DNA of 64,000 nucleotides from Eutreptiella sp. 'Long Island Sound 2002' (GCA_964036045.1 OZ038378.1:171678001-171742000); one strand, 5' to 3'; shown: positions 10,389-21,811, counted from the first letter of the stretch. The notes: generated by a model from the letters alone, not told the origin. Numbers and translations are program-made.

Positions 10389-11630
10389 GCTGACAGACGA
10401 TCCAGTGGACAGATATGATACACAGCACGTCCATGAGCATCAGATAATTCATTCCGCTGGAAGGATACGACACAGCAATGACTAATCTGATGAGTCTTTT
10501 TCGAATGTATGAGAATGAGGAGATGCAGTAGATTGCAAAAGGGCTCCAAATGCAATCGGCATGTTACCTCATCTATCCTGTATCCTACTGGCAGAACACG
10601 TTGATGACGGTCAAGCTAGGCACCACTCCAGTGTGGGCAGAGGTGTCAATGGTGTGTCCCTGTCACTTGGCGTCAGTTGGCAGTAAACGCTCTGATGCTC
10701 GACTGCTTTCAGCTGATCTGCCCTTGTACACTTAGAGACAGGAAACACCAGACAAGTAACATAAGAGATTACAACCGCCCCCCCCCTGTCCAGGAGACAC
10801 TTAGGTCCCGAATCAATATGGTTCAGATGCATACCGCACCTTGGCCATGCTGAGCCCTTGCACAGAAAGAGGGGGCGGGGGAGAAATTTGTGCGTGTAGC
10901 GGGTGGACAGAACGGCCATAATAATGCGAATCACCCTCAAAAGTGCACATGGCAATTTAGCAAAACGTGTAGATCAAACCCAAGCCCAGGGATCCTCAGT
11001 GCATCACTGCATGCGGTACCGAATCAAAATCAGGACCCCAATTTAACATCGTCGGACACCTGCTGTACCTTGGATAAGAGTGTCTCTTGGACAAAGGGGG
11101 TAGTAGTCCTAGCAGCCGACCCAAACACCTCCCGCCCCAGTCCAGCTCCAGTCCAGTCTTTTCCAGATCCGCCCCTTCCAAAAAGAGCTCCGAGGCCAAT
11201 CTCAGAGGAGGGTCTTGGGACGGGGCGGGCTGGAGTGACCCCATGATACAACAGAACAGAGGATGACCACACAGCACGGCAAAAAAAGCCTTGTTCTGAC
11301 CCCATGAAGGCTTGTGGGCACCTTCGGCACCACTTGTGCGGACCATTCGTGATGGACCTTTACCATAGAAAACCGTGTCACCTCATCCTGGCTCTAGAAG
11401 GCAGAGATATGTGGTTTGCTCATGTGCTTAGCAGCTGGTTGACTGCCTTTCATTCGAACCTCCATGTGAGGCAGGAAACGGCCGGTTGTGCCGACATCTA
11501 TTCACCCACTGGCATCAAAGATGTATCGGATCATATGCGATAGTAATGGATCCCAGCCAAATGATGGTGGAGGTGCCTTTGGTACCAACATTGCCACTTG
11601 AACTCATAAATAACGACAAATCAAATCAGC
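10389..11630 (+). repeat. Duplicated segment, copy 1 (near-identical to 26010-27251); homology resumes at about 11642-11681 and 22733-22960
   Basis: Constant offset of 15621 between start (gctgacagacgatcc) and end (tcaaatcagc). Identical ORFs appear in the track; one substitution seen (cagtaaacg vs caataaacg). Confidence 0.95.
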
Positions 11631-13139
11631 TTACCTGAACGCATAGCTGAAAGTCACACCGGAATAGAAATGGGCTGCCATCTTAGACGGCTGAACCCCT
11701 ACCTACAAATTTTAATTTCTCTTAAAGAAAACACTTGGAAAAAACACGTTTCAAAATGGTACTTCAAACCAAAAAAATTTGAAATAAAAACCTACCCAGC
11801 AAAAACCCATCTCATCAGGCGAAATGCATTGCCAACACACGAAACAACCATTTGGGAAAATGTAAACAGAAATGGTCTATGAACCTCCCCTCTGCAAAAA
11901 ATCACACAAAGACTTGTTTCATAAACACCAGAGGTTACCAAGAGATGAACAGAAATGCATGATGTGGAATATGAACTGCCCTAATTGAAATAGCTTCTAC
12001 GATATGAAAAAACAAGACTTGCCGAAATTTCGGAAGACAACACGTCTGCCGAAATTTCGGCAGACATTCAGTACGTCGAAATATCGGATGAGATATGAAT
12101 GACATCAATCGAGCGATCTCTGCAATCGTACTTACCACAATATCCAAAATTAAATCGTTTGCCGAAATTTCGGAAGCTTTTCATCCGGTAAAATATTGGC
12201 CATGGACCCCATTACATCTGAAGCCACTAAAACAATACATGATGCACTGTTAGCAATAAAATAAAACGTCATACGTGACCCACTACCCTAAAAAAATGAA
12301 GAAACGCATGTTGTATGCAGCGAATAGCATAAATACGGAGTGACAAACAGAGAATACGAGCAACGCAAAACAAGGCAGTAAAAATCGAAAAGTCGTAGAA
12401 GATTACTCTGTCACAAATGTAGCGCAGAAGCACCCCGGCCCGTCCAAGACAGGTCAAAGTAAGTGATGGAGAAATAGACGGGACAAAAATTGATATATAC
12501 CAAACCACACAGACCAATCCCGCAAACCCAAAGTGACATATACACTTCTCGATAGCAAACATACCGCAATGCACGAAACGACGTGTACTGCAGTAGCCGA
12601 ATACACAGTACCTAACAACATAGGTCACCTGGAACATATGCAGTGGTATGACAGCAGAAGGCTGCACAGCCAATATATATGAAAAAAGGAGGTGCACCAG
12701 GAACATCCGCAACAGAGAAGTATATCTAACAACAAAATTTCAAAAGGCTGGTGTAGTCCACATTCTTGACCAAAGAACTGGACGTATTAATCCGACACGA
12801 AAAAAAAAGTTGTATAGATCCCAATCACAACCATTGCAGAATCCAGATAAACCAATAACGCAAATAGTGAACGACAACCTGCAAAGAGAGAAAGCGAAGG
12901 GAAAAATGTAACAAGCAGATGCGAACATAAATATCGAGAATGCAGCATACCACAGCTAGAACAATCAGTTCTTGCGGGCCAACTGGCTTTGAAATGCAGC
13001 GAACGACTTTGCTCCAGATTTACTCTTCTTTTCAGCCTGGCAATAGCGAGGGGCATGATGCAACACCAACTCCGAACGTCACAGTATTGTATACGTAGGG
13101 AGGCCGGCAACATGCAGACACGCAGTGCAGCATACTTCT

Positions 13140-14374
13140 TTCTTCTGCTTAGCCTCTGCAGCAGCAGCTTTCTTGGCGTCGGCCTCCTGCTTCTTTTTCT
13201 CCGCGGCCTCCGCTTTCGCCTTGGCAACGGACTCCTTCTCCTTCTTGGCGGCCTCCTTTGCGACGGCCTTCTGCTGCCGCTCAGATGCTGCCTTCTCCTT
13301 GGCGGTAGGTTCCTTGCCCGCTTTCTTAGGAGCCGAAGTGGCCCGAATAGGTTGGTCCTCTGTAACACGTTACATAGACAAATCCAAGAATGTGGTAGCG
13401 AGAGTGTCTTCCGAAATTTCGGAAGACAATAGATGATAACAAATGTTGAAAAGACGTAGCACTGTGTCCGGTATTGACTAGATGAATGCCGGGGTCATGC
13501 AGTATATTCAGTCAGCACACCACACCTTCTTCTTCACTCTCCTCAGAAGACGATTCATCGACCCCTTCTGGAGGATACAAAGGCTCACCATTCAGCAACC
13601 TCTGGCCGATCAGTGTCCAAGGAGGCCGATCCCGATTGTCACACTCCACCAGATTGGTTGTAATCTCCGCCTCCAGAGTGTTCGTAGTTGCAGAATTCAG
13701 CCCCAAATGTACAATACTTGCCGGAGTATGAAGCCGCACGCGCAAATCTGCCGTCAGTCTGGGCTTATCGGAAACCACAAGCGCCCACATAACAGGACTT
13801 TTCTCGGCCCCATATGCGTTGATAACCGTTCCCGCAATTTCGAGCGGCAGATCTGACGTCATAGTGTCACAGAAAGTGACATATCTGGGCAGGGTATACT
13901 GAAAGAAGATGGATAAGGAACGGAAGGATAAGGTTTTATGAGAAGGAGCAGTACATTGTACGCCAACACACCCGTGGCAGTTTGTGGGCGAGGATGAGCA
14001 TCGTCGTGGCGTGCATGCTGTAGTGGAGGGTGAACATTCCAGTGTTGTACACTGCCAGTCGGAGCACATGAAGACTCTCAACATCGCAGGCAGCCTTCAA
14101 CTGGGAACCATAGCTGGTTGCATCTGACTCGGAACCATGGATCACAACGGTGGTGCCATCGCAAAGTGCTTTGCTGATCAAATTGTGAAACCCACCAATG
14201 TGGTTCTTCGGGACTTCAACGAATACCACATCGAAGTTCAGAGTCGCAACCTCAGGGGGAATTGGTGCACCAGGGGTTCCATTCACAAGATAAATGATAC
14301 CTTCGCCCTGTGATCCTTCGCCACATGTGATTTTGGTCGGGTGTTTGTCGTCTCCAACCAGAACCTGTAACGTA
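13140..14374 (-). pseudogene. 3' remnant of element 2 gene B (homolog of element 1 gene B); N-terminal ParB-like part deleted
   Basis: Spliced segments give TKITCGEGSQGEGIIYLVNGTPGAPIPPEVATLNFDVVFVEVPK (element 1: LTVTLGETKPGEAVCEVRIGPAVGATPAAISGLKPRILVYQIPK), LPRYVTF (PPRYITF), LTADLRVRLH (LVSNIRLRLR), PPWTLIGQRLLNGEPL (IQWDLVLDRMKRGYPL), then an acidic patch and a K/A/E-rich tail. GT-AG introns fall at similar positions. Confidence 0.7.
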
Positions 14375-14935
14375 ACAATGTGACAGCAATATTTGACGAT
14401 GTCTCATCTTCTACTTGCAGCGCATATCGAAAGTGGAGAACGAATAGTTAGACAGTACTTGTACGGGTGCCACACCCCGTACACGATTGTTTGCACAAGC
14501 TGAGCACAAGAAAACTGCACAGGACGGGTGCGCTGCGGACCACTCCGCTGGATGCAGGACCCCACTCTGAAACGGACCCTAACCCTATACCCTAGTCCAC
14601 ACGCTGCAGCACGGTTAGATCCCCCACTCTACCCGAGGGAATCGGTTTCAAAAGGGAAAGGAAAGGGCATGTGCTCTCAGGGGGTCAGCCGGTCAGTGGG
14701 TGGGTGGGCGGGCAAAGACAGGAAAACTGCCTAAACATTGGAGACGCAAACAAAAGTTGAGACGAGGCACAACTAGTGTTTGCACAAGCTGAGCACAAGA
14801 AAACTGCACAGGACTTGGGTATTCATTCTCCGCCGTACCCAGTTCCCACACCACAGGTCCCACATCCGGATCCCAGCTCCCGAGGAATGTGAACTGAGGT
14901 ATTACTCAAGCAAAAGGCAAAGCAACAGAAGCAAC

Positions 14936-15075
14936 CCCCCCCCCCCCCACTACAACCAGGGGACCCGCCACCGTGCACTGTGGACCCGCATCTTCCCGAG
15001 ACACGGCGCCGCGCTCAATGGCAGAGGCCAGAGGCTGAAGTGGAGGGAGGGCAGGATTCGTGTCTTGCACCGGGC
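14936..15075 (-). repeat. Diverged internal duplicate of about 18852-18990 within the YR retrotransposon
   Basis: Both contain gacccgcatcttcccgagacacggcgccgcgctcaatggcagaggcca; translations LPPLQPLASAIERGAVSREDAGPQCTVAGPL vs LPPLPPLASAIERGAVSREDAGQLCAVAGPL. Confidence 0.85.
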
Positions 15076-15129
15076 CCAAATCAGCAACGCCACCTCCTGC
15101 GGACCCCTCCATCGGCCGCGCCGCACGGA

Positions 15130-15820
15130 CTCCACCACAGTGGACAGACCCAGGTGGTCACTACGGCCTTCGTGCCCCACGTACAAATAAGGCGGGTAAA
15201 TTGCATCAACCGGCCGGCAGCCCCAGCCGGACGCGGAGTGAGGCCGGCCCAAAAAGGTCTCCGCCATACCCATGTATCCACCACAGGGTCCACAACCTAA
15301 CCCCGGCGGACTCCTCCAGCGGCCATGCCGCCCCGGACAGCCACCACAGCGGGGAGATACAGGCGATCACGACGGTCGCCGTGCCATGCGGACAAAGAAG
15401 TGGGCAAATCGCACCAACCGGCCGTCAGTCCCAGCCGGATGCGGAGCGATGCTGGCCCAAAAAAGGTGAATAAATAAAGCACCCAGCGGCCGCGCCTCCA
15501 ACCAAGTAAAAAGACAACACAACATGCGCACCCAGCGGCCACGCCGTCGGAGTCAACCTCTGCAGAGGGTAGATACAGGCGAACACGACTGTCGCCGAGT
15601 CTCACTGACGGTAAAAGGCGGTCAGTCCCAGCACCCGGCCGTCATCTCCAGCGGAACGCGGACCGACGCAGCCCATAAGTACAAAACCAAATCAGCACCC
15701 AGCGGCCAAGCCGTCAGGGACACCCACTGCACTGGGCGGGCACAGACGACGACGACAGTCGTCAGTCCTCACGGGTTGAAGAGGCGGGCAAATTGCAACA
15801 CCAGCCCATATCGGGCCTGG
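15130..15820. repeat. Diverged tandem repeat of about 210 bp (3-4 units) in the 3' region of the YR retrotransposon
   Basis: Recurring gatacaggcga.cacgac.gtcgccg (about 15355, 15572) and gg(t/c)aaat(t/c)gca.caaccggccg.cag.cccagccgga.gcggag (about 15193, 15401, variants at about 15620 and 15787). Confidence 0.6.
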
Positions 15821-16361
15821 ATCCATATATAGGGTACAGCAACCCTGCGTCCCTGGTTCCAGTCCGTTAGGGAGACCACAGCGACTCCCTCCGGCAGCCT
15901 TACCTCCCAGACCTGGCAGCAGGCATGCCGCCCTGGGGGTTTGACGCCGCGGCCGTCGGGGGTCGTGCGGCGGTGCGGCGTGCCTCCCACGCGTGCGGCC
16001 ACGTCCCGGACCGCCCGTTCCAAAAATCCCTCCCTGTCGTCAGGGAGGGGGCACTGGGGGCACAGGCGCACCCCGTTGCCGAGCAGCACCCGGCGGATGG
16101 GCAGGCGCGCCAACCTGCCGCAAAGGCGGGTGCGGAGCACGCTGCCCCACTTCGCCGCCCGGCGCTGCTGGGCGTCCGCGGAACGCTGGTGCCGCTGTCC
16201 GCCATGGCGACCCTTCCGGTGGGCTCCGCGGGAACCCCGCCGCTTGTGGGCCCCACGCGAGCCCCGACGCTTGGTCATAGGTGCGGATAGCAATAAAAAA
16301 GGTTGCTACATGGAGGGCACATACTCTGCCGGCTCTGGTCTGCTGGGGGGGGGGGGGGAGG

Positions 16362-18357
16362 CTAGCATCCCCGGAGACACACCACCCCCCTCACCCGAGC
16401 CTCGCCCAGATTCTCCAGCAATGCATCCCACGTGCACCAAGCCTCGACTTCCGCTCTGGCCTGTGAGCCTCCGAACACTGACGTCACCCTGGACATAGGG
16501 TCTCCCGGCTGAAGCGCCGAGGGCACCCACACGAGGCGGAGCACGATCCCCGATACCCACAGGATTCTAGCCGACGACCGAAGGACCGTTTGGTGGTGGG
16601 TCAGATGGCTAGTCGCGCGCAGCCTGAGGACCTGAGCAATGGCCGCCTCACTGTCGCTACAGACCGTAACAGATCGGTGTCCCGTCCTGACTGCAAACCT
16701 GACAGCCCACGCCACTCCCCTCAGTTCCGTGGTTTGCTGGCTGGCGAAGCGGGCAGGAGGTGTCACATGCGTACGCACACCCACTCCCGGCACGAGCGCC
16801 CCAACCCTCCAGCACCCCGCATCGCGCGCTCCATCGACACAGATGACGACGCCCCCGCACCACAGAGATGATCGCGAAAGCCTATCCTCAGTCCCAAACT
16901 GGAGGGTCCTCAATTGCCGCCAGGCCTCCCCGCCCGGCGCCTGCCAGGGCTCGGCCGCCACCGCCACCAATGTTGCGAGGCTGCCCAGCATTTTCAGGGG
17001 GAAGCCCTGGGCCGGTTGTTTGACCCCCCCCACCGTCCTACCCCAGCGCAACCAGCAGTAGGCGCCCGCCGCGAAAGGGCAACCCAATCCCCTCGGACGC
17101 ACATGCCAATTCAGCAAACCCAGGAAGCTTTGGAGGTGCCGGTCGTTGCCTGCGCCAACCGCCAGCCTCAGCCATCCCGCCCACAACTGGAGCAGTGCTT
17201 GTTCATGGCTCCTGATCTGCCTGGCCTGCAAGTCGAGCTCCTTCCCCAGGAATGACGCCACAGGCACCGGGTCCAGGACACTCTTAGGACTTATGAGGAA
17301 CCCAGCCTCGATCAGGGCACGCACTGCCACTCGCCCCGCCTCCCTGAGCACCTCCCTATCAGTGAAGACGAGCAAAAAGTCATCGAGGTAGTGCACAAGG
17401 AGTATCTCGGGGGGCAGTACCCCCTGCAGAATGCGCGCCAAACTCGTTTGGCACAGATAGGGGCTGTATTTCCAGCCAAACGGTAGGCGCGACAGCGCCA
17501 CAGGCGGAGCCCCGGGGGCGGGCCGGAAGCGAAAAACCTGGCGCGCACCCTGGGGCAAGCAAAAGCTCCAGAACGCATTTTTGAGGTCAATGTGGAGGCC
17601 GTAGAGGTCCACATCAGGCGGGAATGCCGACAAGGACCTAGCCAAATCCTCCCAGGAATCCAATCTAAAAGTGGGGGGCTTGCCCCCGTCACTCTTGTTG
17701 ATCTTGACGCAACTCAAGATCAAGGAGACCTTCTCGGATGATTTGGGGATGACGAAGGGGTAACACGTGGGGGGGGGGGGGGTCAACCGGCTCCTCGTAG
17801 ACCCCCGCCCCCCTCAACGCTTGCACTATCCTCTGGACCTGCTGCGACACCCATCTGGTTGCCCCTCGGACCACCCTATCCCCGTCCTGCCACTCTTGCT
17901 CGACGTCAAAATCCTGGAGCCCTCCGTGGTAGAAGGGCGGTACGACAGCGTCCCACAGATCGTCCGGTAGCTGGTGGGAGCCTACCGGTCCCAACCCCCG
18001 GTCCAAAATGGCATCCTCGACCCCCCCCATGAACCGCGGAATGGGGGAGGTGTTGATATGGAGGCATGACTCCCAGGCGTCCGGGTGGAGCTTGCGCAAG
18101 GCGCCCAGGAGAGCGGGTAAAGCCCCTTGCAAGCGGAAATCCTCGGCTGTATCGAATACTCTATTCAACCACAAATCCACCCTCTTCGCAAACATCCACA
18201 AGCCACAACGTTCCCGCTCGGCTATCCAGTGAAAATGGGGGGTGAGCGCCTGCATGAACTCCAGGAAGAGGGGGGGCTGCTCCTGCACCCTCCCACCCCT
18301 GTCGGGACCCTTACAGAGGGGGGGGGGGGCGACGCCACTGGGCCCGCCCTCCCCCAA
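16362..18357 (-). CDS. Reverse transcriptase + RNase H (pol) of the YR retrotransposon; one frameshift in a 14-nt homopolymer at 17769-17782
   Basis: RT motifs IDLKNAFWS, LPFGWKYSP, YLDDFL, GFLISPKS, FLG; RNase H motifs VDGA, QQTTEL, CSDS, GDPMSR. ORF 17689-18357 (..GVYEEPVDPPPP) joins ORF 16362-17786 (TCYPFVIPK..) if the run is 13 rather than 14 nt. Confidence 0.9.
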
Positions 18358-20027
18358 GCCTTGGCCTTGAGGCGCTCAGCTGCAGCCACGAAGGCACCCT
18401 CCACCGGGCCTTGCGCCTCCGGCGTCCGGACACGCCCGCCCTGCCCGAGCTTGATGCGCTTGGGCTGCGGCGTTCCGATCTGCTGGGCCAAACGAGGTCT
18501 CCCAGCTTGACGGCGTGCGGGGGCTCGGGATCGCACGGCCTGCGTACCATCCAGGACCACCTTAGCGCGACGCGGCCCCGCGTATGTGCGGTAGACACGG
18601 CCCACCACTCCAGCTTTCGAGCCCGCTGCGGGTCCTCCTCTGACAGGGCCAACGGCTGCCCTGGAGGACCACGGCTTACGCTCCCGTCCAACGAACCTGG
18701 CAACTCCGGCCTGTCGACGCCCGGGGGAGCCCCTGGCGCTGCCGACTGCGAATTCGCCAGAGGGCTCGCTTCCGGAATCCTCGCTGTTGTCGTCGGTGTC
18801 CACGTCGGAATCGACATTGATGGGCCCGGCTGCCGTTCCCGGCCCGCACGCCCCCCCCCCCACGGCCACCAAAGGCCCCGCCACCGCGCACAGCTGACCC
18901 GCATCTTCCCGAGACACGGCGCCGCGCTCAATGGCAGAGGCCAAAGGAGGAAGTGGAGGGAGGGTAGGAGCTGTGTCAGGCCCCAGGCCCACCTCAGCAG
19001 AGCCGTCCCCTGGGGATTCCTCCAGCTCGGCCGCGGTTTGGTCTCCGTCGCCTCCTCCCCCAAGCGTGCCGCTCGCAGTGGATTCCAGCTTCTGACCTCG
19101 CGGAAGTCTCGGCTTGCGCTTGGTCGGGGTGTTGAGGGCGCTCGCGATACTGGGGAACATCGGGGATCCCCACAGGGCCAGGACGCCCACGCGTTCCGGA
19201 GTCGGCAAAGGCCCCTGGTCACGGGACCATGCGGGCAGCACCGTAGGGGCAACGACTCCCGGGTCTGACCATTTGGTGCCGTATTGCATCGCCACGGCCG
19301 TGCTCTGCCATCTGCCCCACCATTTGTAGTAGGCGAGGTCTGGCTTACGGGCCCAAGTCGCTGCGGCGCCTCCCCTGCGCAGGGCGTGCCACCTGGCTCG
19401 GAAGTGGGCGGTGCTCGCCAGGGTGTCGGCCATGCCTGCCTCCAACCCCGCTTCCCCTGACTGCCAGACGAGCATGTCTGAGGACCGGCCCAGCGAAACC
19501 ATGTGGCCATGAAGCCACGCCCGGACGCCGTCCGCATACCTGTACAGGGGGCGGGTGGTGTACCCCTCCTCCCCTGTCTTGGAGTTCCAAAACTGGACAA
19601 AGCCTGGCATAGCCAGGTCAGTAACCCTGATGCCAGCCGCTTCGCCCACCCGCAGGTAGCATACCCAGCTGATGATGGCCAATGCGCTGAACACCGCTCC
19701 GTGTCTGGAGTCTCTGGCCTTTTCGACCAGCTGGACCAAGCCTGCTGGGGACAGATAGGGCTGAGAGCCCGAGGATGCGGCTCCCGCCGCAATCCGTTTG
19801 TGCAAGGTGGTGACTGTTGGGGGCAGCCACTGGAGGTCCTCCACGGCTCTGACCGCGGAGGTAATACCCCGCAGGGCCGACGCTGTAGCGCCGGCTTGCG
19901 CCCGCTCCGCCAGGAGGCCTGCCAGTGCTGCGGCTGTATCAGGCGGGCCCGTGCGGTCCGCGTAAGCCGCCAAGGCCCGGAGTCGGGACGCGTACTGCGA
20001 GCGGGTTCGCGGTCTCCAGGACTGCAT
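18222..20027 (-). CDS. Tyrosine recombinase with long low-complexity C-terminal extension overlapping the pol ORF
   Basis: Catalytic R-K-H-R-W-Y pattern: YLRVGEA, NSKTG, HALRRGGA, WGRW, AMQY. Confidence 0.9.
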   Translation of the reverse strand: MQSWRPRTRSQYASRLRALAAYADRTGPPDTAAALAGLLAERAQAGATASALRGITSAVRAVEDLQWLPPTVTTLHKRIAAGAASSGSQPYLSPAGLVQLVEKARDSRHGAVFSALAIISWVCYLRVGEAAGIRVTDLAMPGFVQFWNSKTGEEGYTTRPLYRYADGVRAWLHGHMVSLGRSSDMLVWQSGEAGLEAGMADTLASTAHFRARWHALRRGGAAATWARKPDLAYYKWWGRWQSTAVAMQYGTKWSDPGVVAPTVLPAWSRDQGPLPTPERVGVLALWGSPMFPSIASALNTPTKRKPRLPRGQKLESTASGTLGGGGDGDQTAAELEESPGDGSAEVGLGPDTAPTLPPLPPLASAIERGAVSREDAGQLCAVAGPLVAVGGGACGPGTAAGPINVDSDVDTDDNSEDSGSEPSGEFAVGSARGSPGRRQAGVARFVGRERKPWSSRAAVGPVRGGPAAGSKAGVVGRVYRTYAGPRRAKVVLDGTQAVRSRAPARRQAGRPRLAQQIGTPQPKRIKLGQGGRVRTPEAQGPVEGAFVAAAERLKAKAWGRAGPVASPPPPSVRVPTGVGGCRSSPPSSWSSCRRSPPIFTG

Positions 20028-20162
20028 GGCACTTTCCTCCGGTGAGGAGGGGTCGTCTGACCGGGCTGCTGTCTCCCACCGGCGGGCGAGCGCCCGCAGC
20101 TCTGTCGCCGTGTCCGCAACGCCGGAGCCCGGGGCGGCCGGTCCGGGCTCCAGCCGGTCCTG

Positions 20163-20795
20163 TCAGGACCAGTGTGGGCATCTAAAGTGCCAGTGGCGTT
20201 CGTCGGGGGAGCCCCGCTGCGCGCACCTCTGGCCCCCTCCGCTCGGCGGCGAGTCCACAGGGATCCACTCGCCCTGCCTCGACTGCCATTGCAGTACTCC
20301 TCCCACCTCCCTGAATTTCACGCTCCGCCACGTGAACGCCGATCCTTGTTCCTTCCATGCCTCCTCCAGCGTGGCGTACTGGTTGGACTCGGAGCTGGTT
20401 TTTCCGTGCGTCCCTGCATACCTTCGGGCATACGCCGCCTGGGACTGGGACACGCAGTCCCAGACCCTCCACGCCAGCTGCTCTCCTGGGTCGACTGCGG
20501 CCTCCGTCGCCTGGCCGCCAAACTCACTTGGTCGGGGGATCTCCCCCACCTCACCAGCTCTAAGGCGCACGTACGCCTTGATGTTGGACAGCATGAGCCT
20601 CATCCACTGTGCCAACTGGGGCTTCTCGAGGGCTCGGTTTACTTCTGGTACGCTCAGTGGGGGCAGGCGGGGCCCCTCCTTCACTGCCACTCGGGCGAGT
20701 TGCTCTCTAAGTTCTTGAATTTCTTTGGCTTGCGCCGCCAGCCGCTCCTTGGCTGACTCTTGCTGGTTCTGATTAGGCTGCTCAACCCCGTCCAT
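20163..20795 (-). CDS. Gag-like ORF1 of the YR retrotransposon
   Basis: First ORF after repeat A1; N-terminal coiled-coil-like stretch (AKERLAAQAKEIQELREQL) and C-terminal Cys/His knuckle-like motif (CAQRGSPDERHWHFRC). Identity inferred from position. Confidence 0.65.
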   Translation of the reverse strand: MDGVEQPNQNQQESAKERLAAQAKEIQELREQLARVAVKEGPRLPPLSVPEVNRALEKPQLAQWMRLMLSNIKAYVRLRAGEVGEIPRPSEFGGQATEAAVDPGEQLAWRVWDCVSQSQAAYARRYAGTHGKTSSESNQYATLEEAWKEQGSAFTWRSVKFREVGGVLQWQSRQGEWIPVDSPPSGGGQRCAQRGSPDERHWHFRCPHWS

Positions 20796-20874
20796 GGGTT
20801 AACAAAAACAAAGACAGGAAAACTGCCTAAACATTGGAGACGCAAACAAAAGTTGAGACGAGGCACAACTAGTG

Positions 20875-21811
20875 GTATATGCTGCAGAAAATGCCTGAAG
20901 TTAAAATGCAGATAATCCTTCCCATACAGAAATCTCATTAAAGCATTGTGTACCTTCATGTCGATCAGCAATGGCATTGTTTTCCCGGTATGGCGCTGCA
21001 CCTCTGAGACCATGCCTAGTAGATCCAACAAATCTGCAGTACAACCACATCTTGTCCCAGAGATTTGAAAAGGATGCCACACCTGTCGTTGAACAACGTC
21101 ACGAACAATGTCCAGAGGAATGCGAATCCAACTCCTATCGGCTGTGAGAGCAGTTGCAATGGAATCTTTCAATGCCTGAAAAGACTCCTTGATTTTAAAT
21201 GCCAAAGCTGGTACTGCCAGACGCATTTCTCGCAGTGTCCTGTGGCCTGGAAAGTTGTTCAACCTTACGGTACGAAGGAGACATGTAGCAGTTGCATTGT
21301 GTGAGCGGTCTGAGTAGAAGGGATTCAACACAAAATGCTTGATGTAGACATTGTCAAGCCACATGCAGGTGCTCTTACCATCAATGCGATCCCAGAGTTG
21401 TTGTGCCTTGTTCGCAGCTCGTTCATACAGAGACACTTCCTGTCGGGCGACAATTCCGTAGTTCTTCAACACACGCTGTTGTGCGCGCGTGGCCGAGATG
21501 AACAGTTGTTCCGGTTGCAGCTGCCGGTATGGGACAACATGAGCAGACATTGAACGCCAGATACACATCACCTCTTTGGCAAAAATTGTAATCCACCTCT
21601 TCCTTGGTGTCACACCGACATCAGCCAGAAATTTGTTCCAGGATGGGCGTGTACTTTTTTCAGCTCGCATTTGGAGACAGAACAGCACAAATGTGGCACT
21701 GACACCACCGGCAGCCGCATCATGCAACATGTCAATGCCTGTGATCCATTCATGTCCCTGAATGAAGCTCCGAAGTGAACATACGAGATCGTGACCCGTA
21801 AATGAATTCAT
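20875..21811 (-). pseudogene. 5' half of element 2 transposase, disrupted by the YR retrotransposon; continues briefly at 14487-14440 then is deleted
   Basis: Aligns by eye with 6328-8421 (WLDN, PLDIVR, WHPF, PLLIDMKVH). Junction reconstruction gives HIPIVYGVWHPYKYCL. Confidence 0.85.

Larger units (their letters stand above)
14488..20874 (-). mobile_element. Full-length tyrosine-recombinase retrotransposon (DIRS order; VIPER/TATE-like gene order gag-YR-RT/RNaseH) with split direct repeats
   Basis: A1 20809-20874 = A2 14713-14778; B1 14777-14814 = B2 14488-14525, i.e. A1-ORFs-B1-A2-spacer-B2 on the minus strand. No TSD. Removing the element at the shared TG restores host transposase codons LQHIP-IVYGVWHPYK. 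Confidence 0.92.

Noticed and set aside
14577-14598. Telomere-like CCCTAACCCTATACCCTAG in the retrotransposon spacer between A2 and B2
   Set aside because: Only one canonical hexamer plus degenerate neighbours; tempting given TATE's telomere association, but too short to support.
18311-20756. Long alternative-frame and antisense ORFs over YR and gag (e.g. 18311-20119, 18411-19268, 20026-20718)
   Set aside because: Expected shadows of GC-rich coding sequence; no recognisable motifs.
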